A stretch of 63,034 nucleotides of DNA, filler included, from Intoshia linei (taxonomy: Eukaryota; Animalia; Orthonectida): the NCBI GenBank assembly GCA_001642005.1. It is 6 parts of 6 records of this genome, joined end to end, with 100 filler letters (N's around TTAATTAATTAA, not from the genome) between each part and the next. Parts side by side here need not be neighbours in the genome. Positions count along the whole stretch, not along the records: positions 30,003 to 56,309 come from LWCA01000475.1; positions 56,410 to 58,340 come from LWCA01002454.1; positions 58,441 to 63,034 come from LWCA01001905.1; 3 more parts are not named here. One strand, given 5' to 3'. Below the pieces are notes generated by a model. That model saw nothing but the letters and a program-made list of their open reading frames with translations. It did no database searches and had not been told where the DNA came from. Both the position numbers and the translations under genes were made by a program. This document shows positions 50,601-63,034 of this stretch, in pieces (positions within the stretch are counted from its first letter, which is position 1; each line of letters starts with the position of its first letter).

Positions 50601-53600
50601 AACGAGAAATTTTAGAAAAATTTAAACTAAAAGTTTTCTTATGAAATGTAAATTAAAGTAATTATCTCACATCATCGTGACCGGGTCTGACATAAGAAAC
50701 TAACATTTTACTATTTATCATTAATGTTTAGTTGAATTGAAGTGCATTTTCTAGAGCAGTTGTTTCAGATTCAAGTAGTGTAGGACCTCCATTTCAAAAT
50801 ATTTAATTTTTTGGACCCAAAAAATACATGAAATATAAAATATTGATGAAAAATTAAAGGTTTTTCTTATTAGAATTGGTAAAATCGTTTTTTAAAAAAT
50901 AAATTTTTCTTAAGGGATGGTAAACTTCGATTTTTTATATTGTTGTTGGATTAAGTGGATTTTAAAAAAAATTATCGGTAAAAGTTGATTTTTCCCTGGG
51001 ATTTTAAAATAGTATTTTTTATTAACACTTATGATACTTACATTTTGTATGATGGTTGTATAACTGTGGTTTTTAAAATAATAATGTAGCGGTCGTATAG
51101 GCTTTCCAAATAAATTCCTAACATCTGTTTCAATTCTGTAATAAATATTAAAATTCAAATTCTCGTATAAAATTAAAGAAAAGTTGATAAAAATTTTTTC
51201 ATATTTTATTTGAATCTCACAAACATATAGTTTGGGGTTTCACTAACCACCAATCAGGAACAACTGCTCTAAAGCGACATAATCATGTATTTTAAAGACT
51301 CATCATATTATTGATTTTATCACCAGTAATTTTTGTTGGTTTCTTTAAGCAAATTTTTTCACGCAATTATTAAAAATAATTTTGGTATGATTTTAAGGTA
51401 ACATTTTTTATCATCCAATTTTTAAAAATTTTGAAGAACCCTTAAAATGTTAAAAATATTCCCTTAAACACTCTACCAAATCGTGGGTCCAAAAATTATT
51501 CAAAATCTTTTGAAATTGGGTAAAAAAAAATTCCTTAAAAACTCCAAAAAATTCCTTAAAAACTCCAAAAAATTCCTAAAAAACCTTTATCAAAATTTTA
51601 GACCAAAATTATCTTCAAAACATTTAAAAAATGGTAGAAAATAAAATTTTCCCTAAAAAAACCCCTACCAGATTTTGAACCAAAAATATCTTCAAATTTT
51701 TAAAAACCTGGGTAAAAAAAATCCCTTAAAAACCCTACGAAATTTTAGTCCAAAAATTATATTCAAAACATTTAAAAAATTTCCAAAAAAACCTTGCCCA
51801 GATTTTTGGACCAAAATTATCTTCAAACTTTTAAAAAATTATGTAAAAATATCCCTTAAAAACCCTACAAAATTTTAGTCCAAAAATTATATTCAAAACA
51901 TTTAAAAAATTTCCTAAACAACTTTGCCCAAATTTTTGGACTAAAATTATCTTCAAAATCTTTTAAAATTTGGGTGAAAAAAACTCCCTTAAAAACCCTA
52001 CAAAATTTTAGTCCAAAAATTATCTTCAAAACATTTAAAAATGGTAGAAAAAAATCTTTCCTATAAAACCCATACACCAAATTTTTGAACCAAAAATATC
52101 TACAAAAAAAATTGAGTAAAAAAAAATCTCTCAAAAACCCTATAAAAATCATCTTTAATATCTATAAAACGTGGGTGAAAAAAAATCCCTTAAAAACCCT
52201 ATCAAAAATAATCTTCAATATCTATAAAAATTGGGTAAAAAAATTTTCTCTTACAGAAACCCACAAAAATTTGGTTCAAAAATCAAAATATGATTAATCT
52301 ATCTAGCAAAATCTATGATAATGTCGTTCAAATGAATTTTCCCCGTTATATCAACTGTATACCAGCAATTTTAATGCTCCCATCTCTACATATCAAAATG
52401 TTTCCAGCTTTAATGTCTCTAAAGATTGTGTTAATTAATATGAATACAAAAATTACCTGTGAATTTGATTATTACTATGAATATAATCTAGTCCTTTTAT
52501 GACTTCTTTCAAAATAGTCGCAATAAGAACATCATCCAATACACCATTTTTAGAATCGGGTAATTTAGATTTGGCTTTAATAAAATCCAAGGCAGAGCCT
52601 AAAATTCAGGATAAAATAAATATTAAAAAATTTAAAGACATTTAACAAGTAGAAATGCCTACCCAGGTAAGGACGATACCAGAGCCCAGTGAACCTGAAA
52701 TGAACTAATTTCTTATGATTGTATTTAATTTAAGTAGTGATATAAGTTTAAATGATCGTGGTGTAACTAACAAAAACGGTTAAAAATCACTGATTAGATA
52801 ATATGTGAAATTAGACTTACCATAATCGCAAAATTCCATAACTATCCATAATTCATCCATCACTACAAAAGACGTGTAAAATTTAACAATATTTTGATGA
52901 TTGCATTGAGACATGGCTTTTATTTCTTTCTATATAATTTTATTTATTTTTCATACATGGTACAACAAATTATACCATTTTTATTTTATATCGCAATACA
53001 ATGTAACCGTAGGGTCATATTGTCCGATAAAAAAATAAAATAAATATCGATAATGAATAATTACTTGTGTATAAATTGTGTAATTTAGATAAAAATAAAA
53101 AACAACAGCTATATAAAGTATGATAACCTTGATAAAATAAATAAATAAGTCATGACTCATGATTAAAGACTCATCAAAAAATAAAACTAATAGAATCAAA
53201 TGATAAAAAATCATACCAATAATTCTTCCATAGGAGTATTGTAATTATCGAGATTAACCCGTTTGACAGCAACATCTTGATTCTTAGAAATACAATGGGC
53301 CACTTCAACAATTGAAGTAGCTCCAACACCTAATTGTATGTTAAGACGTTTAGCCACGTAAATAAAAATATACAAATATACCTATAACATTTCCTAAGCG
53401 ATACTCTTCGCGGGTATCCGGCCATACATCCTCCGAATCGGAGTTTTTACGAGTTTTTAAAGAGGAAATGGAAGATAAACTAAATTGCATATTAAACTGT
53501 TTATCGAGTTCCTGATCAGAATTTCCCATCTCCTTTTCATACTTTTGGTTAATTCTTTCTGAACTCTGAAATTTATTAATGGGAGTATTACCCCTAGTCA

Positions 53601-53631
53601 AATTCTCTTGACTAGAAAAAGTATTGGACAT
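47625..53631 (-). CDS. STE20-family kinase SPAK/OSR1 (STK39/OXSR1/fray orthologue group)
   Basis: Exons give [99 protein letters not shown] and [22 protein letters not shown]. The C-terminal CCT domain gives [27 protein letters not shown]...LYGYAKI. Confidence 0.93.
48569..48845. mobile_element. hAT (Buster-type) MITE with a perfect TSD
   Basis: GTTTAGAT|CAGTGTTTCTTAAC ... GTTAAGAATCACTG|GTTTAGAT. Confidence 0.88.
50757..51266. mobile_element. hAT MITE (same family as 41711-42572)
   Basis: TTCTAGAG|CAGTTGTTTCAGATT ... AATCAGGAACAACTG|CTCTAAAG. Confidence 0.75.
51460..52285. repeat. Intronic minisatellite of ~65-nt units with ~130-nt higher-order periodicity
   Basis: The motif CCCTTAAAAACCCTACAAAATTTTAGTCCAAAAATTAT recurs with minor variation at ~51723, ~51853 and ~51986, alternating with a related TTTTTGGACCAAAATTATCTTCAAA unit. 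Confidence 0.85.
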
Positions 53632-54125
53632 TAATTAAAATACTAAAATCAAATATATTTGAATAAGTTGTTTGTTAGTAATAAACTTAGTAATAGATTA
53701 TTACTCAAATAGAGAGTTAAATTTACTCAGTAAACTGGTTTTGTATCTGTTTTTTAAATTATGGCAACAATAGTGAATGTGTATTACATTTGCCTAATTA
53801 TCGTACGTCTTTGGAGTAACTTAACACTTTAAATGTTTAATAAATAGTGAAATAAACTGACTAAAGACTACTGACCAAAAGTAAAATTAAAGTTGATTTG
53901 GTTAATTTTACGGTGTATTAGGTGTAAAGGCTTTTAGGTTAAATATTAGTAATATTATATTACATAATGTAATTATACGTATCATTAGCAACAATATTTA
54001 GTTAAAAATTGTTTATTATAAAAAATACCACATTTATAGTAGTCATGTGTACATATAAACGATAAGGTTGAAATAAATAAACGTTTATTAAATAATAACA
54101 TTTGCAATTAAAATTTAAATTCAAT
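53632..54125. promoter_or_regulatory. Putative bidirectional promoter between the SPAK/OSR1 kinase and SRRM1
   Basis: 494 bp separate the divergent ATGs. Confidence 0.5.
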
Positions 54126-54815
54126 ATGGGAGATGTTGGATTTTTTAAAGTAATTATTTCAAAGAACTTGCAACATTTATTTAAATTATTATTAGGGTAC
54201 AACACTTGCTCAAGATGCTCGTTTTTCCGATAAACAAAAAAAACTAATGAAGCAAATGAAATTTGCACCAATATTGGACAAAAAGGTAACTTTAATTTAA
54301 TTTAAAATAATTGAATCGCTTTAATTTTTGTATATGCATTTCTGTTTGTGCATTTTTTTCTTGTCAATCTTAACATTTTTAATTTTTAGGTAGAAACGAC
54401 AGTGCCAGATTTCTACCTAATTTTAGCGTATTTTCATTTTTTGAATTAATTTTTCACTATTTCGTATTTGATGCATTTTATAGGTTGACATGGACTGCGT
54501 TAATCTTGATATAGTTAAACCATGGGTATCTAAAAGTATTACCGAATTACTTGGATTTGAAGACGATGTTATTAATGATTTTGTTTTGAATCAACTGGAA
54601 GTTCGCGTAATTTATTTTTAGTATTGAATATTTAAAACAACATATAGTTTCCAAATGGTAAATCTATCCAAATTAATTTAACTGGGTTTTTAAATGCTAA
54701 AAATGCACACCAGTTTGTACAACATTTATGGACCTTACTTCTTAGTGCCATGGAAGAAAATGTCGGTATACCGGAAAAAGCTATCGAAAAGAAAATCAAA
54801 CAAATTAAAAATGAG
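54126..54815 (+). CDS. SRRM1: SRm160-like splicing factor, PWI domain (4 exons seen; 3' end unresolved)
   Basis: The spliced product is MGDVGFFK|GTTLAQDARFSDKQKKLMKQMKFAPILDKK|VDMDCVNLDIVKPWVSKSITELLGFEDDVINDFVLNQLE|...IQINLTGFLNAKNAHQFVQHLWTLLLSA...GIP. Confidence 0.92.
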
Positions 54816-55206
54816 GTTTCCTAATATTAACTATACTTTTTTGTTATATATAAAAAGATATTTAGTTTTTTTGTTAGTGTTTTTTTATTTACAGTGTATT
54901 AGCAATTAGAACATGTATGATATGGATCGAAAGATTGGTTTTACGCGTCAGAGTTCCAAAATAATTTATAAATTCGTAAAAAATTATTTTGTTATTGTTA
55001 TAAATGCACAATATTATACTGCACAAAATGCTGTTTAAGTTGAATTTTGTGACTGCATTTTAGTTAAAAATTTTAATATTCTGGGTTGTGTATGCGATAA
55101 GGCAAGCCTTATATCATCGGAAACATTCAATCTGTTTTTCATTTTGTTAGTATCAACAAGCATAGAAAATCGCATTTTACGTCTACACATTTCCAATAAA
55201 GACATT

Positions 55207-55377
55207 GTAACGAGTTACTATCAGTACTAAAAATACCTGATACGTTCCTAGGTTTTCGGGCCTTAGGATTATTACCCGCGTATTATTCCGATATGTAGCT
55301 ATCTGCTCTTCCGGAATCAATCAAAGCTCTTAAATCCTTCCTTCAAATTGTATCGGAATTGTAATTAATTCCATCCT
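55207..55377 (-). mobile_element. LTR-retrotransposon (Ty3/gypsy-like) aspartic protease remnant
   Basis: The minus strand reads ITIPIQFEG/KDLRALIDSGRADSYISE, matching the retropepsin ALxDSG...SxIS motif with a frameshift. Confidence 0.6.
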
Positions 55378-55439
55378 AACACAAAATTATTATAAAAAAA
55401 TGAAATGAACTCTGAATTTTGGTTATAAAAAAAATTTGG

Positions 55440-55768
55440 AGACAAATTTGTTTTTACTTTATTTTTAATATAATACAGACATTCTGTCTAATAAATTAAA
55501 AAAATGAGATAACAATTGTTTTTACAATTCTTTACACATATTTCAACAAACAAAAAATTAAGATGGAATAATTCACTTTAAAGTAAAAAGTAATGCGATA
55601 TGATGCTTCCACCTGAAACAAATTTGGGAAGAACTCATTTAAAGGATTGATAATAGTGAATAGTAGGATTTTTAAGTTAGATTTTCAACATGAATTTATT
55701 TTTTTATAAAAATGTGCACTCGGCAGAGCTAGGTGCTGTTTGTACGTAGTACATAACAGTCAATCTAG
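55440..55768 (+). mobile_element. Helitron family copy, 3' portion
   Basis: It ends GGTGCTGTTTGTACGTAGTACATAACAGTCAATCTAG|T. Confidence 0.8.
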
Positions 55769-56409
55769 TATATTATATAGTGAATAAATGAAGTAATTTA
55801 CATTTTTTTGTTACATAAATTTTTGTAGCAATAACATAAAAAATTGTCAAGCTGGTATAATATAATATCATGTAAAGGAAAACAAAATGTGGATGGAAAA
55901 TCTAAAAAAAAAATTAAGCCCATTCTGTTTATATGTTTAAATGAATTTGAGTAACAAGAATTCTTGTCCATGTAAACTACTTCTATTTGGTTCAAAAAAT
56001 ATGATTTAATGTGAATTGATATAAAGTAAGAGGTTGTTGCCTGTTCTGAATACCAATAGCAATTTGAAGCAGGATATTCTAGAAATGTGGAGTTTCCCTC
56101 TAGATCTTTAGCCAAGTTTTCTGCTTCAATCTTACATTTTTGGACCAAGGATTTAACTTCAGTGCGTTCTTTTATTATCGATGTGCCTCAAAAGAAACCT
56201 GTAATTTGTATTTAATGACTACTATTTTATTTGTAAGTATTTTCAATAAGTAGTATTGTAATGTTTTTAGATTCACCATTTAGAAGTTGTATAAGTGGTT
56301 TATGGTCTGNNNNNNNNNNNNNNNNNNNNNNNNNNNNNNNNNNNNNNNNNNNNTTAATTAATTAANNNNNNNNNNNNNNNNNNNNNNNNNNNNNNNNNNN
56401 NNNNNNNNN

Positions 56410-56819
56410 GGAATGCGTAGATTTCTGGGGTTGAAATTTTGTATTTATATCAACTGGAATAAGATCTATCGGAATTTTTTTTTTAATTGTAAAACCATTA
56501 ATTATTTCAAATATTTGTTTTAATAAAATAGTTTCGAAATAAAAAAGAATGAATATTAAAATGCTTTTTTGACCGTGAAGGCTTTACTTATTTAGATTGA
56601 AATTTTTTGTGTGTGTTAACAGTATGTAACTGTACCACCTGTAAATTTTTTAAATTTTAGAGCTGTTTTCATTAAAAAGTTAAAATTTATTTTGCTAACA
56701 CCCCCAGAAAAAACTGTAATTGAAATGTGGAGTTTATAAAATTCTAAGACTGGTAGTTATTAAAATAAACGATAACACACACAAACAAATATTGCATAGC
56801 ATATTGTATAAGTAAGGAT
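56410..56819 (-). mobile_element. Helitron family copy, 5' portion
   Basis: On the minus strand it starts A|TCCTTACTTATACAATATGC and is collinear with the other copies. Confidence 0.75.
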
Positions 56820-56840
56820 ATATATTATATTATATATTAT

Positions 56841-57617
56841 ATATGTTGCATAGAATGTGTACAACTGTGAAATGTACACTAAGGTGTCTCATGGGTATTT
56901 AGAAAAAATATCCTTAGTCTTAAAATTATGGTATTACTAAAATAATAACTATAGTAAAATATTTTCGGCCAACTCCTAACGGTGAACTTAGCCTGAATAG
57001 TCTTACCCTGAATCTTCAATATTCGTTGAAATGCATTAATATTTTGGAAATATAATTTTTTTTATACTTTATCACTATTATACCTAAGGATGTTCAAAAA
57101 TATAATTTTTTATTTTTTTTTGAGACACCTTTATGTACACATTCCACGGACAAGTCGTAGAATGTATTTGACTAAGAATGTGTCTTAAACGCCAATTCAG
57201 AGTTAGATACATAATTGATGCTTTGCTAACAACGAATTTATTAATTCAGTTAAATTAACAAGCTTATGTTTATTTTTAAATTGATTTTAAATCATTTAAT
57301 TACGATTTTTTTTGAACCCAACTTTCAAGAGGGGTTTTTAAGATTTTTAGAAAATAAAATAATTGATTAATTATCAATGATTTCTGTGTCACATATCGTA
57401 TTTCCAGTTATAAATTTTATATTTAATAAATTGAATTAACTAATAATCCTAAAAATCAACTAATATCAGGATTATTTTTAATCTTCATAATATATTTTGT
57501 ATTGTTACGTTAATCTGTACTGTATACTGTACGACTTATATATGAAATGTGTACATTCTACGACTTGCCGGTGGAATGTGTACATTTCACAGTTGTACAC
57601 ATTCTATACGACATATA
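56841..57617. mobile_element. Long-TIR (foldback-like) element with a hAT MITE (56880-57132) inserted in its left TIR
   Basis: The left arm ATAGAATGTGTACAACTGTGAAATGTACAC[insert]ATTCCACGGACAAGTCGTAGAATGTA is inverted at ~57550-57608. The insert TAAGGTGTCTCA...TGAGACACCTTT is flanked by the 8-bp duplication ATGTACAC. Confidence 0.75.
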
Positions 57618-58647
57618 TACAAGTATATATTGTATTACTAAATAGCCTGATAACGTTAAAAAAGTATTCTGATATATACCATTATTTAAATTAATTTTAG
57701 GATTTGACGATGAAGAGTAAAGATAGTATTATTGGTTGTATTGCAGATTTACAAGTATTGATTAATTAATACAAGTATTCGTGAACCCTATTTCTCCATG
57801 ATGGTTGGTTAAAATTGATTTTCCTTATATTGTTCATAAATTTGTATTTTTATACCTGTCTTGAAATTATTTTTATTAGAGGATTGATATTTTGTGTTCT
57901 AAGAATTCTCAATTTTCAATATTACTTATGTATACTTATTTTTTTACTATTATTCATGGTAGATTTATTGTGTACATTGGGTGTTAACTTTTACAACTTT
58001 TCTCAATCAAAAAAATAGTTAAATTTCGTTAAGAATAACCTTCGCCATTTGCCATTTATCAACAATCTTCAAAAAAATAAAAAACATTAATTTCGGATAA
58101 AATTATTAACTTACCATTACTATTTGTTTACCCTCAGCCCTGTAATGGCGGGATTCGATTAGTTTCATGTGGTTAGATATATGCTTTAATTAATAACACT
58201 CTACAACACTCAAAAAAAGAGCACAACAAGATATATATCATTGAACTCTAAAAAAAATATGGGGAAAAATGGTAGAATTTTTAAAGGTTACTTAGATCTA
58301 GTTTTTGAAGGACAGAATGATTAAAAATAACCAGTAATAANNNNNNNNNNNNNNNNNNNNNNNNNNNNNNNNNNNNNNNNNNNNTTAATTAATTAANNNN
58401 NNNNNNNNNNNNNNNNNNNNNNNNNNNNNNNNNNNNNNNNAAAAAACTGTAATTGAAATGTGGTCTTTAAAAAATTCTAAGAGTGGTAGTTATTCCAATA
58501 AAGGGGAACACACACACAGACACACAAGCAAAAATCGCGTAGCATATTATATAGGTTAGAATGTATTAATCACTGCTAACCATTTTTTTTATTTTTAAAA
58601 CAAAATTTTATTTATTATTTAAGTCAAGTGAACACAATATTTTCAGT

Positions 58648-59568
58648 ATGCCCAAAGGAAAACGATCAAACGACAAAGAAAAGGGGGCAATTCATATTCT
58701 ATTAAAAGAAGGGTATAGTCAGTCAGAAATTTCCATTAAAATAGAAACAAATAGAAATATTATTTAAACACATATTAGAGTGTCTCTATCTAACAAAATT
58801 TGCCATCGAATAGGACATCCAGTGAAACTAAGTCCTTCTAACATTAAGCTCTTAATTAGAACTCCATCCAATTCTCCCTTTACGATCGGATTCATTAAAT
58901 CAAGTTGTGGTTTAAACATGTTTAAACAAGAACGATACAACGAGAATTATTTAACTCACCACCAATCCAAAGAAGAATGATGAAATGTCCTAATCTTACT
59001 ATGTGTCACATCAAAAAAGAATTCAATTCGCTCGTTCTAACATAGCTACGAATTGGACCCAAATTTGCTTTTCAGATGAAAAACGTTTCAATCTCGATGG
59101 TATTTCATTTTATTTCTACGATGTGAGAAAAGAAATAATGTCACAACTTCGACATCAATATGGTGGGAAAAGTATCAGGTATGGGCTGGATTCGGTATAA
59201 AGTTTAAAACAAAATTGTGTTTCACCAACGAAAAATTAAACTCAGAAAAGTATACAAAAATGCTTAATTATTATTTACTTCCATGCCAGAGAAATGCACA
59301 AATATTTGGATTACCCAATAGAATATAAACGTTTTATGGTGGCCACCTTACTCCCCGAATTTAAATCCAATTGAAAATGTATGGGGCATGATGTCAAATG
59401 TAGTCTATAAGAATTGAAAACAATATCATACCATCAATTCTCTTAAAAACGCAATTGAGGAAGATTGGATTTCGATTGACCAAGAAAAGATTGACACCCT
59501 AATTGAAAGCATGCCTTCAAGAAATTTTTGAATTAATTTCAAAGAAAGGTGGAATGAGTCACTATTAA
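58648..59568 (+). mobile_element. Decayed Tc3/Tc1-like transposase
   Basis: Fragments read MPKGKRSNDKERGAI, HQKRIQFARSN...WTQICFSDEKRFNLDG, WPPYSPNLNPIENVWGMM and LIESMPSR...KKGGMSHY*, with multiple stops, frameshifts and a deletion. Confidence 0.9.
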
Positions 59569-60063
59569 CCATATCATTTAATATATTTAATAAATTATTT
59601 TGGTTTATTAACTGTAATTAAAATGCTGCATAGCACTTTTGTCACTCTTATTTATGACTTTTTTTCTCAGTGATTTTAAAAAAAATTATTCATTATATCA
59701 AAATTTCAAATAACTATTTTTTTAAATGCTCAATTTGACATCAAAATGATGCCAATTTGACAAAAATTTCGTTTAATAAAACACCGACTGGATTAAATAG
59801 TTTAAAATTTGTAATTTAAAAAATACTACGAATTTTTGAAATATACGGGAACTCACAGACATTCAACTTTATGTAGCTAAAGGATATATTTATCCAACAA
59901 TTTGAAGGATTTCTTTAAATTCGTTTCTAATAAATGCAAATATTGAAATCTATGAAAATGGTTGAAGAAATATATGCAAGTTTATATCGATAACCGATAA
60001 TATTAAAAATAAAATTATCCTTGGTTAATGACCCAAACAAAATGAGAAAAATTGCAAGTATAA

Positions 60064-61050
60064 ATGTTATCGCAGGTATTACAAACTGATGAATTTAATA
60101 AAGTATTCAAAGTCTTGATTGCCCAAAATGTATTGGAAAATTGTTTAAAGGTTGAAAATGGACAATGCACAAAATGTATGGAAAATTTTGGCATGAAAAA
60201 TAAACTCTGCCAACGTAAATTGTATATTGGTAAAAAAAATGAAAAAAAAATAGGTTGTGATAATTTTCACTGTAAAGAATGTGATGAGTACAAATGTATA
60301 GAATGCGACGATTACTACGGAATATGGTATTCAACTTGTATAGGTATTGATGTTAGGACGTAATATATTTTAAGAATGCAATAAAAACTGTATAATGTGC
60401 ATCAACAGAATGTGTTTCAAGTGTATAGATGGGTATTACATTGAAAAGGGAAATAGATGCACAGGTAAATTGTACAAATTAAGTATATTAATAATTAGCA
60501 TGCACGGTTTGGAAATGCGCCCAGTGCAATAGAAAGAAATGCTTCAAATGCGTTAAAGGGTATGGTTTAACCGAAAAAAACGAATGCACACGTAAGTATG
60601 GATATATACTTTATATACAAAACAATTTAGTATGCAGGGATGATTACTGCATTGAATGCCGGGATTGGTTGTGCCACAAATGTATGCCTCGATATTCACC
60701 AAACGGTTATGGCCAATGCGTTCGTACGTTATCAGATTTCCAATTTATTTACTCAATTTTTTGAATGTATCATTTTAGTATGCATGACAGAAAAATGCTC
60801 CACGTGTACACCAGAAAACACATGCTCAAAGTGTATACCAAACTATTATTTGAATGAAAAAAATTCTTGCTCCCGTAAACATTTCTATATTATAAAACAT
60901 GATAATTTAGTATGTAAAGATTTTCACTGTACAACGTGTAATAAAAACGAATGTTTAAAGTGTTTTCCCGGGTGGAAATTAAACTATAAAAATCAATGTG
61001 AACGTAAAATATACCGCAATACTTTCATATATACATATTTAGTTAAATGA
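60064..61050 (+). CDS. Cysteine-rich protein with 7 furin-like/CXXC repeats, one per exon
   Basis: Phase-1 exons of ~90-96 nt encode CDNFHCKECDEYKCIECDDYYG...C, CNKNCIMCINRMCFKCIDGYY...C, CTVWKCAQCNRKKCFKCVKGYG...C, CRDDYCIECRDWLCHKCMPRY...C, CMTEKCSTCTPENTCSKCIPNYY...C and CKDFHCTTCNKNECLKCFPGW...C. Introns are ~31-54 nt. The start is uncertain. Confidence 0.82.
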
Positions 61051-61290
61051 CGATAACATTAATACTTTTTATAAACAACAAATACTAAATCTTTGTAAAT
61101 GTAAGTGTATTATGTAATTTAATTTACATTCGTGTATTGTTGAAATAAATATTACATAATTTCTTCATTTTTAATAAAATAATTATCATAGTTACACCTA
61201 TAATGAAAGTTAAAAGTAATTTACATAGAAATGATTTTAAATTAAATATAGGTAATCAAATGACGTTATCATGATTTTATGTCCAAAATC

Positions 61291-61328
61291 GTGCGCGCGC
61301 GGTAATATTTAATTTGAATTATATAAGC
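61291..61328 (+). promoter_or_regulatory. Histone H3 promoter elements: GC-rich GTGCGCGCGCGG and TATA box
   Basis: An isolated CGCGCGCG run sits in very AT-rich DNA at 61291-61302, and TATATAAG lies ~75 nt before the ATG. Confidence 0.45.
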
Positions 61329-61395
61329 ACATTTATTGACATTTAATGTAAATTTCCTGTTGCTTAAATTAATTAATAAATTTTAAAAAAATTAA

Positions 61396-61806
<411 letters not shown>

Positions 61807-62234
61807 TCTAAAGATTTATGTAATTTTTATATTGTATAAAACTTTTAATGATAAATTGTTATTTTATTTGTCTTTTTTCAATATCACTTTCATTTCTTCA
61901 TTTGTTAAATTTATTATTTTATTTTTATTTCATTGGTTGTTTTTACTTATTTTTTGGTTATTTTTGTACTTTTTGATTTTTATATGTTGTACTATCTAAG
62001 ATTTGATATCTTTCTAATTTGCTAATTATATTAATTTACCGATGGATGGTAATGATATATTGTCGCCTTTAAAAAAATAGAACAATTAACTAAATTTACT
62101 TATTTGCTTTACCTACGAATTCAATACTAATTATCTATACAATTTAAACGGCATTCTTTAAATGAAACAATTTCAATTGATATTTTAGCTACACGTTTCA
62201 ATTTAAAAAAAGGTTGACACCCTAATATTAAGAC

Positions 62235-63000
62235 TAGTACAGTTGTATCCTGTCAACACAAATTTTGATTAATGTCTTTACAGTCTAAAAAGCGTTTTAA
62301 TACATATATTTTTTTTTTTAAATATTTAACTAATAAAATATGAATATATTTTTCAAAATTTCAATTAAAATAAAGTAAATTGATTATACAATTTAAAAAA
62401 GTGTTCATTGTACGTCAACACATTTCTAATAAAGAAATATGGGTGAAAATCTATATAATTCATTTCTTCAGAATTTTGTTCATTGCTACGCATTTTTTCA
62501 AATTCTCATTTTCAAAAGATTTTGTTTTAAATTGAAACGATAACTACGGTATTTTTCGGAGTATAAGGCGCACTTTGTATAAAATCTATATAATTTAATA
62601 ATATATATTCACATCAAGCGGATTGGCGTATAAGGCGCGAAAAATTTAATTAAAGAAAAATTTAGAATCAAATGGTTAAAAAAAAATTTTCTTTTGCAAA
62701 ATTGCATATAAGGCGCATTAATAATTTTTCATGTAAAAGGGTACGCCTTATACTTTGAAAAATACGGCAATACAACTTTGATTATCATTTTTATATTTAT
62801 TACATTTCTTTGCAATATTGGTAAATTCGCCTGAAATATGTTTCTTAAGTATTTAGAAAATTGGTACTGAATATATTTTATCAGTGATAATTTATTTATC
62901 ACATTGATATATAAATGACAATAGGTTTTTATAATTTTATTTTTTATGGAATTTATAAATCATATTACATTATTAGAGTTGACAAATGCAATTTTTTATG
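62235..63000 (+). mobile_element. Diverged Helitron family copy carrying a pogo-type MITE (62548-62767)
   Basis: The sequence is collinear with the other Helitron copies. The MITE termini are CGGTATTTTTCGGAGTATAAGGCGCAC ... GTACGCCTTATACTTTGAAAAATACGG, with internal TATAAGGCGC repeats. Confidence 0.72.
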
Positions 63001-63034
63001 GCACTAAAAAATTTCTAGCACTTAAAGTTACTAA

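Noticed and set aside
51675-52297. Lys-rich ORFs on both strands
   Set aside because: They are translations of the intronic minisatellite.
57700-58140. Exon-like stretches on both strands
   Set aside because: I could not assemble a consistent reading frame or recognise a product.

Overview
This is very AT-rich, gene-dense eukaryotic (metazoan) genomic DNA. Introns are typically 35-45 nt GT-AG, and there are five N-gaps, each carrying a TTAATTAATTAA linker. The compact, divergent genes and tiny introns suggest a reduced invertebrate parasite genome, possibly an orthonectid such as Intoshia; this is inference only. Most genes are spliced and poorly represented in the ORF track, so I reconstructed them by hand. 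Genes found: FAAH-like amidase (+), a small secreted mini-exon protein (+), DNA primase large subunit PRIM2 (-), TRAP-alpha/SSR1 (-), a 7x ShK-domain gene (-), a divergent forkhead factor (-), TAF5 (-) head-to-head with MED31 (+), an ALMS-motif protein (-), a SPAK/OSR1 kinase (-) head-to-head with SRRM1-PWI (+), a furin-like CXXC repeat gene (+) and a solitary variant histone H3 (+). Introns and intergenic space hold a ~1.3 kb non-autonomous Helitron family, Buster/hAT MITEs with 8-bp TSDs, decayed pogo/Tigger, Tc1 and Tc3 elements, Ty3/gypsy scraps and a minisatellite. No rRNA, tRNA or CRISPR is supported. Exon boundaries are hand-read and approximate.
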